Shown: positions 46,256 through 54,893 of the stretch, one piece after another | Position numbering within the stretch: the first letter of the stretch is position 1 | Layout of the letters: the number at the start of each line of letters is the position of its first letter | Origin: Clostridiaceae bacterium | Lineage (GTDB): Bacteria > Bacillota > Clostridia > Saccharofermentanales > DTU023 | Assembly: GCA_012841145.1 (NCBI GenBank) | Contig: DUVH01000024.1 | Span: forward strand, 4,140-68,139 | Length of the DNA stretch: 64,000 bases | Direction of reading: 5' to 3' | The notes under the pieces: generated by a model | What the model saw: the letters and a program-made list of their open reading frames with translations, nothing else | Told to the model about the DNA's origin: nothing | Database searches by the model: none | Program-made: the position numbers and the translations under genes

Positions 46256-48293
46256 GACTACCCTCCGCAGCTCCCACGAGCTGACCTTTGAGCCAGTCGC
46301 TGAACTGATCAACGACACCATCAATGTCAGGCTCGGACTGAACGTTCGTGAAGTCAAAACTCATGTCCGCAAACGTGAACCGATTGATCACATCACGTTC
46401 AGCAATTTCCCTCATGTATTTGAGTTCTTCATTGCTGATATCCAGCGAATCTTTTATGCTTCCAACGTTCTTGTCGATGTTCCCGATCTTCGCTGCTTGA
46501 GCTGAAGCGGTTGGCCTAAAATCATCAACGGTTTCAACTTCTTGTGCACTCTCTTTTTCAAGGTCACGTCGTGCAGCGTCAATCTCAGCAAGTCTAGTTT
46601 CCGTTGCTTGCCGCGCATTGTACTTCATAGCCGCCAATTCGCCCTTGCGAGATGCGATGTCGGCATCTAGCTCCGCTCTCTTAGCCGCCAGATCAGCTTC
46701 CCTAGCTTGTTTGGCAGCCTCGTTTTCGGCAGCAGCCATCGTTCCGAAAGTGACCTGTTCAATGAATCCAATGCTGACAAAGGGGAGTTTGTTTAGCTTA
46801 TCAATAAACCCGTTGATTATATTGATAGCACCATTAACCAAGTTTTGGAGGATCATCAGGACCGATACTTTCATATCCCCAATAAATCCGGCAATAGCCA
46901 CACCAGCACTCGCCCAAGCGAACTTCAGCTTAGCAATCAGATCAATAACCCAATAGACACCAGTAAAGAACCCGATTTTAACCCAGTCCCAGGCGGTTAG
47001 AATTGCATTAACCACGATCAACCAGGCAATGCGTATGCCACCGACAGCTTTTACCCATTGATAGATCGCGACAATGATTGCCGCGATGGCCAAGATGATC
47101 CAAGTAATGGGACTCGCGAGGAGAGCAGCGTTAAGCGCCCACTGAGCCACTGTTGAGACCCAATTCGCGGCTGCGACCGCAAGCGATTTAATGGCCCACA
47201 GACCCAGCGCAACGGCAATACCCAAAACGATGGGCTCAATCCATGACCAATTTTCAGCAATCACATTCGCAAGCCAAATAGCCGCATCGACAAGCCAACC
47301 GATAACTTGGGCAATGTAGCCTAAACCAATGATCATCGCGTCAATCGCGGTCTGAATAGCAGGATCGTTCAGAAATTCATTGAGCTTCATGAGCGCCGGC
47401 TCAAACATCATGATCAATTGGTTTTGTATGGACTGCCAAACTTGAGCAAACGTCATAGGCATGTTCGCAAACTTTGCCTCTGTTTCGTCAGCCGCCGCGA
47501 ACACGGCCTCTTTTACTACTTGAGCGGATAATTCGCCCTCTGCCGCAAGCTTCCGAATTTCGCCCATAGACACGCCTAGATAGTCAGCAACTTGCTGAAG
47601 AATCATAGGCGTGTTGGACATGACTGCGTTCAAGTCCTGACCTCGAAGCACCCCTGAAGCCATGGCTTGAGTTAGGTTATACATAACCGACTCGGCACCT
47701 TGCTTGCTGGTACCTGAGATCGTGAACATTTTGTTGAGCAATTCGGAGAAATAGATTGCTTCGCGGTTATCCGCGAACGCATCTTTCGCCTGCATAGACA
47801 GACTAGCAACTGCTTTAGCCGTGTCCAAATACGCACCGCGAGAGCGCTGTGCACTTCGGAAGACCATCTGGTTAAGCTGCTCTGTCGTCTGCTGCCCGTC
47901 GTTAATCATGTCCAGTCGAGCATGAACCTGAACTAACTCATCGGACATCTCCGCGCCAAGTTTAATGCCCTTGATAATTGCTATCACTGCCGCTGTTTTA
48001 ATTGCGGCTGAGTGCAACATCGACATTTGACTATTCGCGTTACGTGCCTCATTCGCGAACTGCTGGGCGCCACGAGAAGATTTTCTTAATTCTTCATCAA
48101 TTTCTCTAGCCGAACTAGCCGCCTGATCAAGTTCTTCAGAAGCATGAACGATCGATGACGTATCCACAGGTTGAGCAAGTGAGGCTTTAACATTACCAAA
48201 CGTCCCTAGAACATTATTCAAAGACGCATCGATGCGGTTCAGCGTGGCACTCATTGAATCGTTTAATCGCAATGTAGATCTAAGAGTTGCCAT
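46248..48293 (-). CDS. tail tape measure protein
   Basis: ORF 46248..48434. Start at MATLRS. 681 aa, helical and Ala/Gln-rich, with central TM-like hydrophobic repeats. Follows the chaperone pair. Confidence 0.85.
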   Translation of the reverse strand: MATLRSTLRLNDSMSATLNRIDASLNNVLGTFGNVKASLAQPVDTSSIVHASEELDQAASSAREIDEELRKSSRGAQQFANEARNANSQMSMLHSAAIKTAAVIAIIKGIKLGAEMSDELVQVHARLDMINDGQQTTEQLNQMVFRSAQRSRGAYLDTAKAVASLSMQAKDAFADNREAIYFSELLNKMFTISGTSKQGAESVMYNLTQAMASGVLRGQDLNAVMSNTPMILQQVADYLGVSMGEIRKLAAEGELSAQVVKEAVFAAADETEAKFANMPMTFAQVWQSIQNQLIMMFEPALMKLNEFLNDPAIQTAIDAMIIGLGYIAQVIGWLVDAAIWLANVIAENWSWIEPIVLGIAVALGLWAIKSLAVAAANWVSTVAQWALNAALLASPITWIILAIAAIIVAIYQWVKAVGGIRIAWLIVVNAILTAWDWVKIGFFTGVYWVIDLIAKLKFAWASAGVAIAGFIGDMKVSVLMILQNLVNGAINIINGFIDKLNKLPFVSIGFIEQVTFGTMAAAENEAAKQAREADLAAKRAELDADIASRKGELAAMKYNARQATETRLAEIDAARRDLEKESAQEVETVDDFRPTASAQAAKIGNIDKNVGSIKDSLDISNEELKYMREIAERDVINRFTFADMSFDFTNVQSEPDIDGVVDQFSDWLKGQLVGAAEGSHA

Positions 48294-48301
48294 ACCATCA
48301 C

Positions 48302-48891
48302 CTACCTCTTTGCTTTTCTTACTTGCTTTTCTTCTTCCTTGATCCGCAAACGGATAGAAGCGATCACAAATGCCCTCTCGTAATCGTTCAGATTGAAATA
48401 CTGGGACGGAGTCCACCGAAGCTTCTGAATGCAAAAGTGCAGAATGTTCGCTTCGGGGTCACCATCCTCGATTAGTTTTTTGCATTTTCAACTTCAAGCT
48501 CGAGATCGAATCCATTGATTTCTTGGACGGCATTGGACAAGTTGCTATACTCGCCCGGGATAAGCATCCTTTCGAGCAGTGCCTCCGCGCCCATGACGCC
48601 GTAACTGTCCTGCAGATCCTTGTCATGCAAATCGGGGAAGACCACCGACGCAACGCAGGATTTCAGAACATATTCGTTAAAGTTCGTTTCCGGCAGGAAC
48701 ACATTGCGCTTACCCGGGACCGGGACGCGCTTCGTACACGCCTGTCTGATGGCTCGATCTTCTTCGTTGGTCAACGGCCTCAGTTCCCATTCAATGGGCT
48801 GACCGCTCTCATCGAGAAAGCGGTCAGACACTTTAACTTTTCGATTTTCGATCGGCAGCGCGTTTTGCGCCATAAAAGCGTTCAGGTTCAT
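48302..48891 (-). CDS. tail assembly chaperone, predicted -1 frameshift-extended isoform
   Basis: Slipping on A_AAA_AAC (48481..48475) opens a 57-codon extension, LIEDGDPEANILHFCIQKLRWTPSQYFNLNDYERAFVIASIRLRIKEEEKQVRKAKR. It ends at TAG 48304..48302, just before the tape measure ATG. Confidence 0.65.
48472..48891 (-). CDS. tail assembly chaperone (XkdN-like), short isoform
   Basis: 139 aa, located between the tube and tape measure genes. TAATG overlap with the tube gene. Confidence 0.8.
   Translation of the reverse strand: MNLNAFMAQNALPIENRKVKVSDRFLDESGQPIEWELRPLTNEEDRAIRQACTKRVPVPGKRNVFLPETNFNEYVLKSCVASVVFPDLHDKDLQDSYGVMGAEALLERMLIPGEYSNLSNAVQEINGFDLELEVENAKN
48475..48481 (-). promoter_or_regulatory. 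candidate -1 programmed ribosomal frameshift heptamer A_AAA_AAC
   Basis: The last codons of the chaperone ORF read GCA AAA AAC TAA, which fits the X_XXY_YYZ pattern. Confidence 0.6.
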
Positions 48892-49361
48892 TACATACCT
48901 CTCAATTCACGGAAGGTCTCCGGGATCGCGAAATCGTCGAAGGTGAAATCGATATCCTCGTCCAGGAACTCGGCATCGGCGTCGAATTTTGCGAGAATGA
49001 CACTGTTCAGATTGCAGTCTTTGAGAATGACTGTTTGCCTGCCGACGCTGGATGTCGGATCCTCGTTTGTGACCTGGATTTCAAAGTACATATCTTCGCC
49101 CGTCTGCTTGTATCTTTCAGCAAGCTTACGGAAGATTGACGTGTTGTAATGCATGCGCCCTGAACCGGTCCCCTTCCAGCCCGTTGTTTTATTGCCCTTG
49201 CCCGTTTTGCCAAGAATAGGGACTTCGGCCTTTGTCTTTTCGAACGTCGCGTCTAGGTTGATGATCTGCATCGCGTTGTATCTGCGATTGCCGATCGTCA
49301 CAAAGCATTCAGCTAACGACCCACTAACGGAATCTCCGGCTTTCATGACTTGGTTATTCAT
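48891..49361 (-). CDS. tail tube protein (XkdM-like)
   Basis: 156 aa immediately downstream of the sheath gene. Carries GSLAECFVTIGNRRYNAMQIINLDATFEKTKAEVPILG. Confidence 0.8.
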   Translation of the reverse strand: MNNQVMKAGDSVSGSLAECFVTIGNRRYNAMQIINLDATFEKTKAEVPILGKTGKGNKTTGWKGTGSGRMHYNTSIFRKLAERYKQTGEDMYFEIQVTNEDPTSSVGRQTVILKDCNLNSVILAKFDADAEFLDEDIDFTFDDFAIPETFRELRGM

Positions 49362-49378
49362 AAAGAGTCACTCCTTTC

Positions 49379-50671
49379 TTAACTGACAATGACGGTCATG
49401 TAGAGCTGCGTCATGGCCGAGATAGGCGTGATTCCTAAATTAACCACAACTGCCTTCTTGTTCTGGCCTTCAGACACTACAACGTCACCTTCCTCGAACG
49501 CCTCGATTGCACGAATCTCACGCAGGTTCGTCAAGAAGTTCACGACATCAGACCACAAAGAGATGCGACCGCTCTCATCGTTCGGAATCCTGCCAAGATA
49601 TTTCGTGTTGAATACTGTAGCGATATCGGTCGCGATCCGGTCAAGGACCCTGATCGTCTGGTTGATCTTAAAGTCCTCAGACTTGTCCGCGCCCAATGTC
49701 GTTAAAGAGTTGATGTCTTCAAGCACACGAATGGAGTCACCGACACGGTGGAAGATGAACTTCCCGGCTTCCAGTGCCTGTTCTAGCTGTGTCTGAGAGT
49801 AATCCGCCACAACCGTATATTCGCCGTCATAGACAGCATTAGTCAGGCTCTCGGACACTGCTGCGCCTGCAAGCGCACCAGCAACCCAGTACACCAACGA
49901 AGAAGCATTCGCTACATTGACAACGCCTTCATGGTCGGCGGCCGTGTTGTACACAACGGTCTGAAACTTCAGCCCGATCTCATCACGTATCCGCTTAGTG
50001 AAGGCCACTACAACCGCCACAATCTCCGAGGTCTCTGACGCGCAAGCTAACGCATCGAAGGAATATGCTTCGAGCTTGGTCAAGAAACCCTGCCAAACCT
50101 GTGCCGTAGCCGTGCCACCGTTTGTGCCGCCAGTGAGCGATAGCCCCGCATGGGCCGTCAATGAAGCGCTTGTTTTCCACGTAACGAAGTCATTCGCGTC
50201 GAGATCGGTTATCGTCGCAACAGCGAGCTGTTGAAACACCAAGGCAGTACCCAAATATACGAGCACATCGAACTTGGTGGCATCAATGACGTTAGCTCTC
50301 ACAACTGTCTTCAAATCGTTTCCGCGGGTCCCTTTGTACTTAGCGGTCGCTATTGTGTTTGACGCGGCGGCCGCTCCGTCTCCAGCGAGCTTGTAGAGTA
50401 AGACTTTACGAGCCCTCCGGAAAGCCTCGCGCAACGGTTTCATATTTTCGTGATCATAGTCATAACCGAGCAAGCTCCTAGAGTCTCTAAGAAAGTCTGC
50501 ACGGTCGATCACCATGACCTGGGCGTCCGGGCCCCAATCAAGCGGCAAACCCATTGCCACAGTCCCTCGCTCTCCAAGAAGAGAAGAGGCACGGGGCGCC
50601 GCGACAAAGTTGATATAGCTCCCAGGGAGCTTCTTATTTTGCACCGTAAAGGTGCCCCCACCTAAGGCCAT
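49379..50671 (-). CDS. contractile tail sheath protein (XkdK-like)
   Basis: 430 aa. The N-terminus MALGGGTFTVQNKKLPGSYINF is typical of sheath proteins, and a tube gene follows. Confidence 0.85.
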   Translation of the reverse strand: MALGGGTFTVQNKKLPGSYINFVAAPRASSLLGERGTVAMGLPLDWGPDAQVMVIDRADFLRDSRSLLGYDYDHENMKPLREAFRRARKVLLYKLAGDGAAAASNTIATAKYKGTRGNDLKTVVRANVIDATKFDVLVYLGTALVFQQLAVATITDLDANDFVTWKTSASLTAHAGLSLTGGTNGGTATAQVWQGFLTKLEAYSFDALACASETSEIVAVVVAFTKRIRDEIGLKFQTVVYNTAADHEGVVNVANASSLVYWVAGALAGAAVSESLTNAVYDGEYTVVADYSQTQLEQALEAGKFIFHRVGDSIRVLEDINSLTTLGADKSEDFKINQTIRVLDRIATDIATVFNTKYLGRIPNDESGRISLWSDVVNFLTNLREIRAIEAFEEGDVVVSEGQNKKAVVVNLGITPISAMTQLYMTVIVS

Positions 50672-50850
50672 TATTTGTCCCTCACTTTCAAAAATGCATT
50701 GACAAGCTTTTCAGCTTGCTCAATGGAATAGGTTTTAGATTCATCCAAGGCCGCCTGGACAATGTCCGGGCATTCCGGGAACCTAACCAGTAACTGTTCT
50801 CTTGTGAACTCGATCGGCTTATCTACGCGATCAGTTTTCTTATCCGCCAT
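50671..50850 (-). CDS. small phage protein (59 aa)
   Basis: Below the ORF-track cutoff. AAGGAGTGAACATTA precedes ATG 50850, and its TAA overlaps the sheath ATG (TAATG). Translation MADKKTDRVDKPIEFTREQLLVRFPECPDIVQAALDESKTYSIEQAEKLVNAFLKVRDK. Confidence 0.5.
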   Translation of the reverse strand: MADKKTDRVDKPIEFTREQLLVRFPECPDIVQAALDESKTYSIEQAEKLVNAFLKVRDK

Positions 50851-51259
50851 TAATGTTCACTCCTTCCAAAGTTTCAAACTTATCCGTCTCATCGACACTG
50901 ACAAGCGAGTAGTTCAGGTTGCACGTCACCTGCAAGGTTCCGGCGACAATCTCGGAAATCAGCGACGAGACGCGAAGGCTAATGTCACTCCCAAGGTCGA
51001 CCTGTTCTAACTGCGTCATGATCTTGTTTTGGATCTCGATAAGTTCCGCGTGATCGCCGGGTTTCTTCGGCAAGTAGGTAATCTGCACAGGAAACACGAT
51101 CCGGCTTTGCTTCATGATCCGCGGCTGCTTTACCGTGATCAAAGGCGTAATAAAGAAGCAAGGCTCTTTTACACCTTGCTCCACATCATCCTGATAAATT
51201 GTCGCCGTCTCATCGATCTGCTTTAGCCTTCTCGCGAGGGCGTTTATTATTTCTTGCAT
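50840..51259 (-). CDS. tail completion/terminator-like protein (XkdJ position)
   Basis: 139 aa located between the gp10-like and sheath genes. The call rests on position only. Confidence 0.5.
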   Translation of the reverse strand: MQEIINALARRLKQIDETATIYQDDVEQGVKEPCFFITPLITVKQPRIMKQSRIVFPVQITYLPKKPGDHAELIEIQNKIMTQLEQVDLGSDISLRVSSLISEIVAGTLQVTCNLNYSLVSVDETDKFETLEGVNINGG

Positions 51260-51262
51260 TCC

Positions 51263-51760
51263 TTAAAACACCCCCTTCAGCAATTCAAGCAATTTCTTCT
51301 CGATATACTTTTCTTTGAAGCTGTCGATGAATTCCTCAGACTTACGTAGCATAAACCGGCCCTGAACGAAATTTACAACGAGTTGCTTTCCGATTGCCGG
51401 AACATATCGCCCCGGTGTCTGTCTATGCCCGTACTCAACGTAGATTCCGTACTCGACAGGATTTTCGATCGTGATGATGTACTCGTTGCCTTGTTTCTCG
51501 ATGGGGAGCGCTGCAGCATAAGAACTAATCGCCCTATCCACTCCGCCGGTCCATCCGCGTCGTAGCGTTCCGCCCATCTTACCCATTTCTGCGGGATACT
51601 TCCCGACGGGCGTGCGAGGGACCACCTCGGCCAGAAGCCTAGCGGCTAACTCCCGCGCAACACCAGAGATAAAATCTTCCAGGCCGACCTTACGCAGATC
51701 ACCGAGCCGCTCTTTAAGCTTGAGCAAATCGTCGAAGTTCGCATCGCCCCACTTAGCCAT
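51263..51760 (-). CDS. HK97 gp10-family head-tail joining protein
   Basis: LEDFISGVARELAARLLAEVVPRTPVGKYP...GGTLRRGW... fits the gp10 family pattern. Confidence 0.7.
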   Translation of the reverse strand: MAKWGDANFDDLLKLKERLGDLRKVGLEDFISGVARELAARLLAEVVPRTPVGKYPAEMGKMGGTLRRGWTGGVDRAISSYAAALPIEKQGNEYIITIENPVEYGIYVEYGHRQTPGRYVPAIGKQLVVNFVQGRFMLRKSEEFIDSFKEKYIEKKLLELLKGVF

Positions 51761-52130
51761 GTCGATCCTCTAGTTCTAGGAGGATCTCCTGATGCGTGGG
51801 ATAGATCGCCGGTTCTCCGGACCGATAGAACGCCCTTGATTTATCCTGCCTCGTGACCGTTATCCGGCTCCCGACAGGAATCTCAAGCGTCTCATCACAA
51901 AACAACTTAACGACTTGTTCCCGGCGAACCCATCGATCGACTGTCGCCCCTGAAATCGTCTCGAACGAGATTCGGCATGGCGCATCACGAATGACAACCC
52001 TTGGCGGTTCACTTGACGTGATCTTGGTATCCGGATCCTCTGTGGAGTCCATAACCTCAACCGTCATCGAGTCAGTCCATAGGTAACGTATCGATGACCT
52101 TACCACCTCAAGCGACGGAATGCTGACCAT
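51753..52130 (-). CDS. head closure / head-tail adaptor protein
   Basis: 125 aa. The call rests on position, and the start is uncertain because of a 31-nt overlap upstream. Confidence 0.55.
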   Translation of the reverse strand: MVSIPSLEVVRSSIRYLWTDSMTVEVMDSTEDPDTKITSSEPPRVVIRDAPCRISFETISGATVDRWVRREQVVKLFCDETLEIPVGSRITVTRQDKSRAFYRSGEPAIYPTHQEILLELEDRHG

Positions 52131-52501
52131 TGATCGTCCCCCCTTGTCTTCAGAAAGCCGATAATCAGCCTGGCCAAATCGGCGTCTGTCATTGACGGCA
52201 CAACCTCAACGGTCGTGTCACCGAGCCGGACGGTTTTAGCGCCGGGCGCCCCGAGATCGAAGCTAGGCAGACTGTTCGTCAAGAACTTCATCTCCATCCA
52301 TGCGCCCGCAGCACGATCGACGAGAACAAGCTCTAATTCGGCAGGCAAAGAGACGTGGTTAATCTCCGTGAGAATCCACTGATGCTGTTGTTCGATGAGC
52401 ATGTCAATCAGCGCGTGGTCAGCTTCAGTAATCACAAGGCCGAAGCCTTCCAGCCGGAGAATAACTTTATCTCTTATCTCACGAAGTTTAACCTCACCCA
52501 T
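52100..52501 (-). CDS. gp6-like head-tail connector protein
   Basis: 133 aa located directly after the capsid-proximal genes. The call rests on position and size. Confidence 0.5.
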   Translation of the reverse strand: MGEVKLREIRDKVILRLEGFGLVITEADHALIDMLIEQQHQWILTEINHVSLPAELELVLVDRAAGAWMEMKFLTNSLPSFDLGAPGAKTVRLGDTTVEVVPSMTDADLARLIIGFLKTRGDDQWSAFRRLRW

Positions 52502-52504
52502 TGC

Positions 52505-52771
52505 TTAACCCTCTTTTTCTATCAAGGCGACGATGTCTGCCTTTCTTGTGGCCCCGCCTAGATCAATGTTGTTTTCAGCTGCGTAGTCCTTGAGTTCTGT
52601 GAGAGTCATCTTCTTCAGATTCAGAACCTTTGACTCTGCCGCCGATACCGCTTTCGCAACAACATCCGCTTTCGGCTTCTTAACAAGCGTAAAGCCCTCG
52701 TTGATGAGGGCCTTCGCTTTTAATTCAGAGTCGACGATACGAACTACATTGAGTCTTTCTAGCTCAAACAT
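52505..52771 (-). CDS. phage protein with C-terminal Rho_N/SAP-like domain
   Basis: MTLTELKDYAAENNIDLGGATRKADIVALI is a Rho-N-like helix-extended-helix motif. Confidence 0.6.
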   Translation of the reverse strand: MFELERLNVVRIVDSELKAKALINEGFTLVKKPKADVVAKAVSAAESKVLNLKKMTLTELKDYAAENNIDLGGATRKADIVALIEKEG

Positions 52772-52774
52772 ACA

Positions 52775-53761
52775 TTAACCCTCTCCTCCGGCAGGCGGGT
52801 CGGGGTCAGGATCGGGGCTTTCCGGAGTCTCAGGCTCTGGAACAGGAGCCGTATTGACGAACAACCCCTCTTCGTGTTGTTTCTTGACCCAGAGATCGTG
52901 GTATTTGCGATAGTCAAGCTTCCAAGCATCCGCCGTTTGGTTGACGTCCGGCGCAAAGATACGAATCTTGTCAGTCTTTGAGATCGCAAGAGGGTCCGTC
53001 TTAACGGTCAAAAGCCAGTTAATGTCCAAAGCATCCGCATGAACAACAAAACCGCCAGCCTCTTGTCCCTCGGTCTCGCCGTCATAGAAGGTGTACTTCG
53101 TTTTCATGCGAGCAGAAGGTACCGGGATAATCGGGTGATCGTTGATGGCATGAACTTTCGTTTTTACGCCCCCGCGATCGAACTCGATGATGGACGCTGA
53201 ACGATTCCAGAAGGTTGACTGTTCGAGAATGCGTTTCACCGGGCCCGGCATCGAGATAACGATCATGACCCCATCACCATAGATATCCTCGATTGCTCCG
53301 AGGTCCGCAAGCAGCTGCTGGGCGATTGTTGCGGCGACCGGAGTATAATCCGATGTCGTCTGACTCGCCGCGATAGCGAGCGTTGCAAGCTTGGAGTAAC
53401 GATACGCGTCGATCTCCGGAATGACATGCCTCTTCTGGAACTCGGCCATTACAGCCGTCGCGTTCAGATGGAAGTGCGTGTCATCGTTGTCCATACGGTC
53501 GATGCTGAATGTGCGCCCTCTGTCCTGCGTCATTTCATACGTGTTGTAAACAAGCGAGATCGCACCTTTTGTGAAGCCGTCTTCACGGTCATAATCCGCT
53601 AGCCCCTGCGTCGAGATCGTTCCGATCTCAATCTTTTTTCCGCCGTTGTAAATTACTTGACCGGCGTTCTGTTCCATCCATCCGGATGTCGCTCCTATCG
53701 CAACCTGCTGGTCAAGTCGCTCCTGCAGGATGGTCGCGTATTTCTGAATTGAATTCGCCAT
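52775..53761 (-). CDS. major capsid protein
   Basis: 328 aa immediately after the scaffold gene. Acidic Pro-rich tail. No prohead protease is fused. Confidence 0.8.
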   Translation of the reverse strand: MANSIQKYATILQERLDQQVAIGATSGWMEQNAGQVIYNGGKKIEIGTISTQGLADYDREDGFTKGAISLVYNTYEMTQDRGRTFSIDRMDNDDTHFHLNATAVMAEFQKRHVIPEIDAYRYSKLATLAIAASQTTSDYTPVAATIAQQLLADLGAIEDIYGDGVMIVISMPGPVKRILEQSTFWNRSASIIEFDRGGVKTKVHAINDHPIIPVPSARMKTKYTFYDGETEGQEAGGFVVHADALDINWLLTVKTDPLAISKTDKIRIFAPDVNQTADAWKLDYRKYHDLWVKKQHEEGLFVNTAPVPEPETPESPDPDPDPPAGGEG

Positions 53762-53763
53762 GA

Positions 53764-54327
53764 TTAATAGTATCCTTTCATAATGTCATCTACCTGTTGC
53801 TCCATACCTTTGCTACCCTGCAAGGTATCTACTTTTCCGCCGGGCGTCATACCGAAGAACTTCGGTTCCGCCGGCGCGTCGTCTGACTCGAACAGGTACG
53901 GGTCAGACTTCTTGATGTCATCGAGATTGAGCCCCTCGACTTTCCCGTCTTTCACAGAGAGTTTCTCGAAGTCCAGCAACGCTTTGATCGCTTTAGTGTT
54001 CTTGCCTTTCGCCCCAACAATGGCCGCATCGAGGGCGGCATCAAGCTGTTGCTCTACAAGTTTCTTCTCCAGCGCATCTGTGTCCGTTTTGTACTTTGCC
54101 TGAAGGTCTTCATATTTCTTTGTGAGATCGGCATTATCGGTGGAACTCTTTTTGAGGTCCGCAATATCTTTGTCTCGTTCTTTGATCTGATCTTGCAGAT
54201 CCTTAACGGTTAATTCTGCAGCGTCAGCTCTCGCCTTTTCTGCGTTGATGTCTTTACCGTTTTCGTCCATGATCTTGTCAATGATGTCATCGGCCAGACC
54301 CAGATTCTTCAAAAATTCTCGTTTCAT
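53764..54327 (-). CDS. phage scaffolding protein
   Basis: 187 aa, highly charged coiled coil (KDLQDQIKERDKDIADLKK). The N-terminus MKREFLKNLGLADDIIDKIM is typical of GP20-like scaffolds. Confidence 0.8.
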   Translation of the reverse strand: MKREFLKNLGLADDIIDKIMDENGKDINAEKARADAAELTVKDLQDQIKERDKDIADLKKSSTDNADLTKKYEDLQAKYKTDTDALEKKLVEQQLDAALDAAIVGAKGKNTKAIKALLDFEKLSVKDGKVEGLNLDDIKKSDPYLFESDDAPAEPKFFGMTPGGKVDTLQGSKGMEQQVDDIMKGYY

Positions 54328-54621
54328 AGTGCTTTGTCCTTTCCCTCTACGCTTTTTTACGAGGTCGCGCCTCCTGGAGTCGACACACTGACGCAGTGTC
54401 CGCTAGTTTTGGTGCACGATCGTGCTGGTGGAGATGACGGGTTCCGCCCCCGTGTCCGGAACACTGCACTTTGGCTTTGTTGTCCCGTCGAAACTATCCC
54501 ATCCCCATAAAGATAAGCGCCGAAGTTTGCAACCTCCGGCGCCCACGCTGTACAACTTCCGCTCGCGGGACTTGAACCCGCAACCTTGACAATGCTCAAG
54601 GCCATCCCTTAATAGCGGCAT
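54328..54621 (-). ncRNA. GC-rich structured non-coding island with tRNA-like arms (unclassified)
   Basis: No credible ORF is present. A canonical T-arm GCGGG-TTCAAGT-CCCGC lies at 54565..54581 on the minus strand, alongside several GC-rich hairpins and a second GGGGATG...CATCTCC-ACCA pairing. See finding. Confidence 0.35.
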
Positions 54622-54643
54622 AAAAAAGCGGCCTCTCGACCGC
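54622..54643 (-). terminator. terminator after the 72-aa ORF
   Basis: Minus strand reads GCGGTC-GAGA-GGCCGC followed by TTTTTT. Confidence 0.7.
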
Positions 54644-54674
54644 TCATCTAAAGCTTAAATTAGGTCAATACAAT

Positions 54675-54893
54675 CTATGACTTAAACAGATCCGCCCATA
54701 TATCCCCTTCGAAACCGTATAGCTTATCTACAATCCGCTCTGCCAAAAAGGTTTCAGAGGTAGGGTTGTCATTTTCATCCAACGATTCTACTGTTTTATC
54801 GCACAATTTGTCGTACAAATCATTCAAATCAGTATCATCCTGAATTGCAAAATTCGCTTGTATGTAATCTATTTCTTCTTTTGTAAAAATCAT
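54675..54893 (-). CDS. small acidic protein, candidate immunity partner of the MuF C-terminal domain
   Basis: 72 aa, Asp/Glu-rich, with ATGA overlap to the MuF gene stop. No family was recognised. Confidence 0.6.
   Translation of the reverse strand: MIFTKEEIDYIQANFAIQDDTDLNDLYDKLCDKTVESLDENDNPTSETFLAERIVDKLYGFEGDIWADLFKS

Noticed and set aside
48294-48434. The N-terminal 47 codons of the tape measure ORF as annotated by the ORF track (TTG start at 48434).
   Set aside because: This stretch is better explained by the chaperone -1 frameshift extension, which lies in a different reading frame from the tape measure gene and stops 8 nt before its ATG. The tape measure start at ATG 48293 has its own SD-like GAGGTAGG.
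54530-54612. A bona fide tRNA gene on the minus strand (T-arm GCGGG-TTCAAGT-CCCGC).
   Set aside because: The acceptor pairing is only 5 of 7 and there is no D-arm, with just ~11 nt between the acceptor and the anticodon-like stem. The anticodon-like hairpin has a 6- or 8-nt loop without U33. It is reported as a tRNA-like element only.
54357-54621. ORFs 54357..54605 (82 aa) and 54403..54621 (72 aa) as phage genes.
   Set aside because: Their composition is Ser/Gly/Cys/Arg/Pro-rich, unlike neighbouring phage proteins. They overlap each other, have no SD, and lie in a GC-rich hairpin-dense segment.
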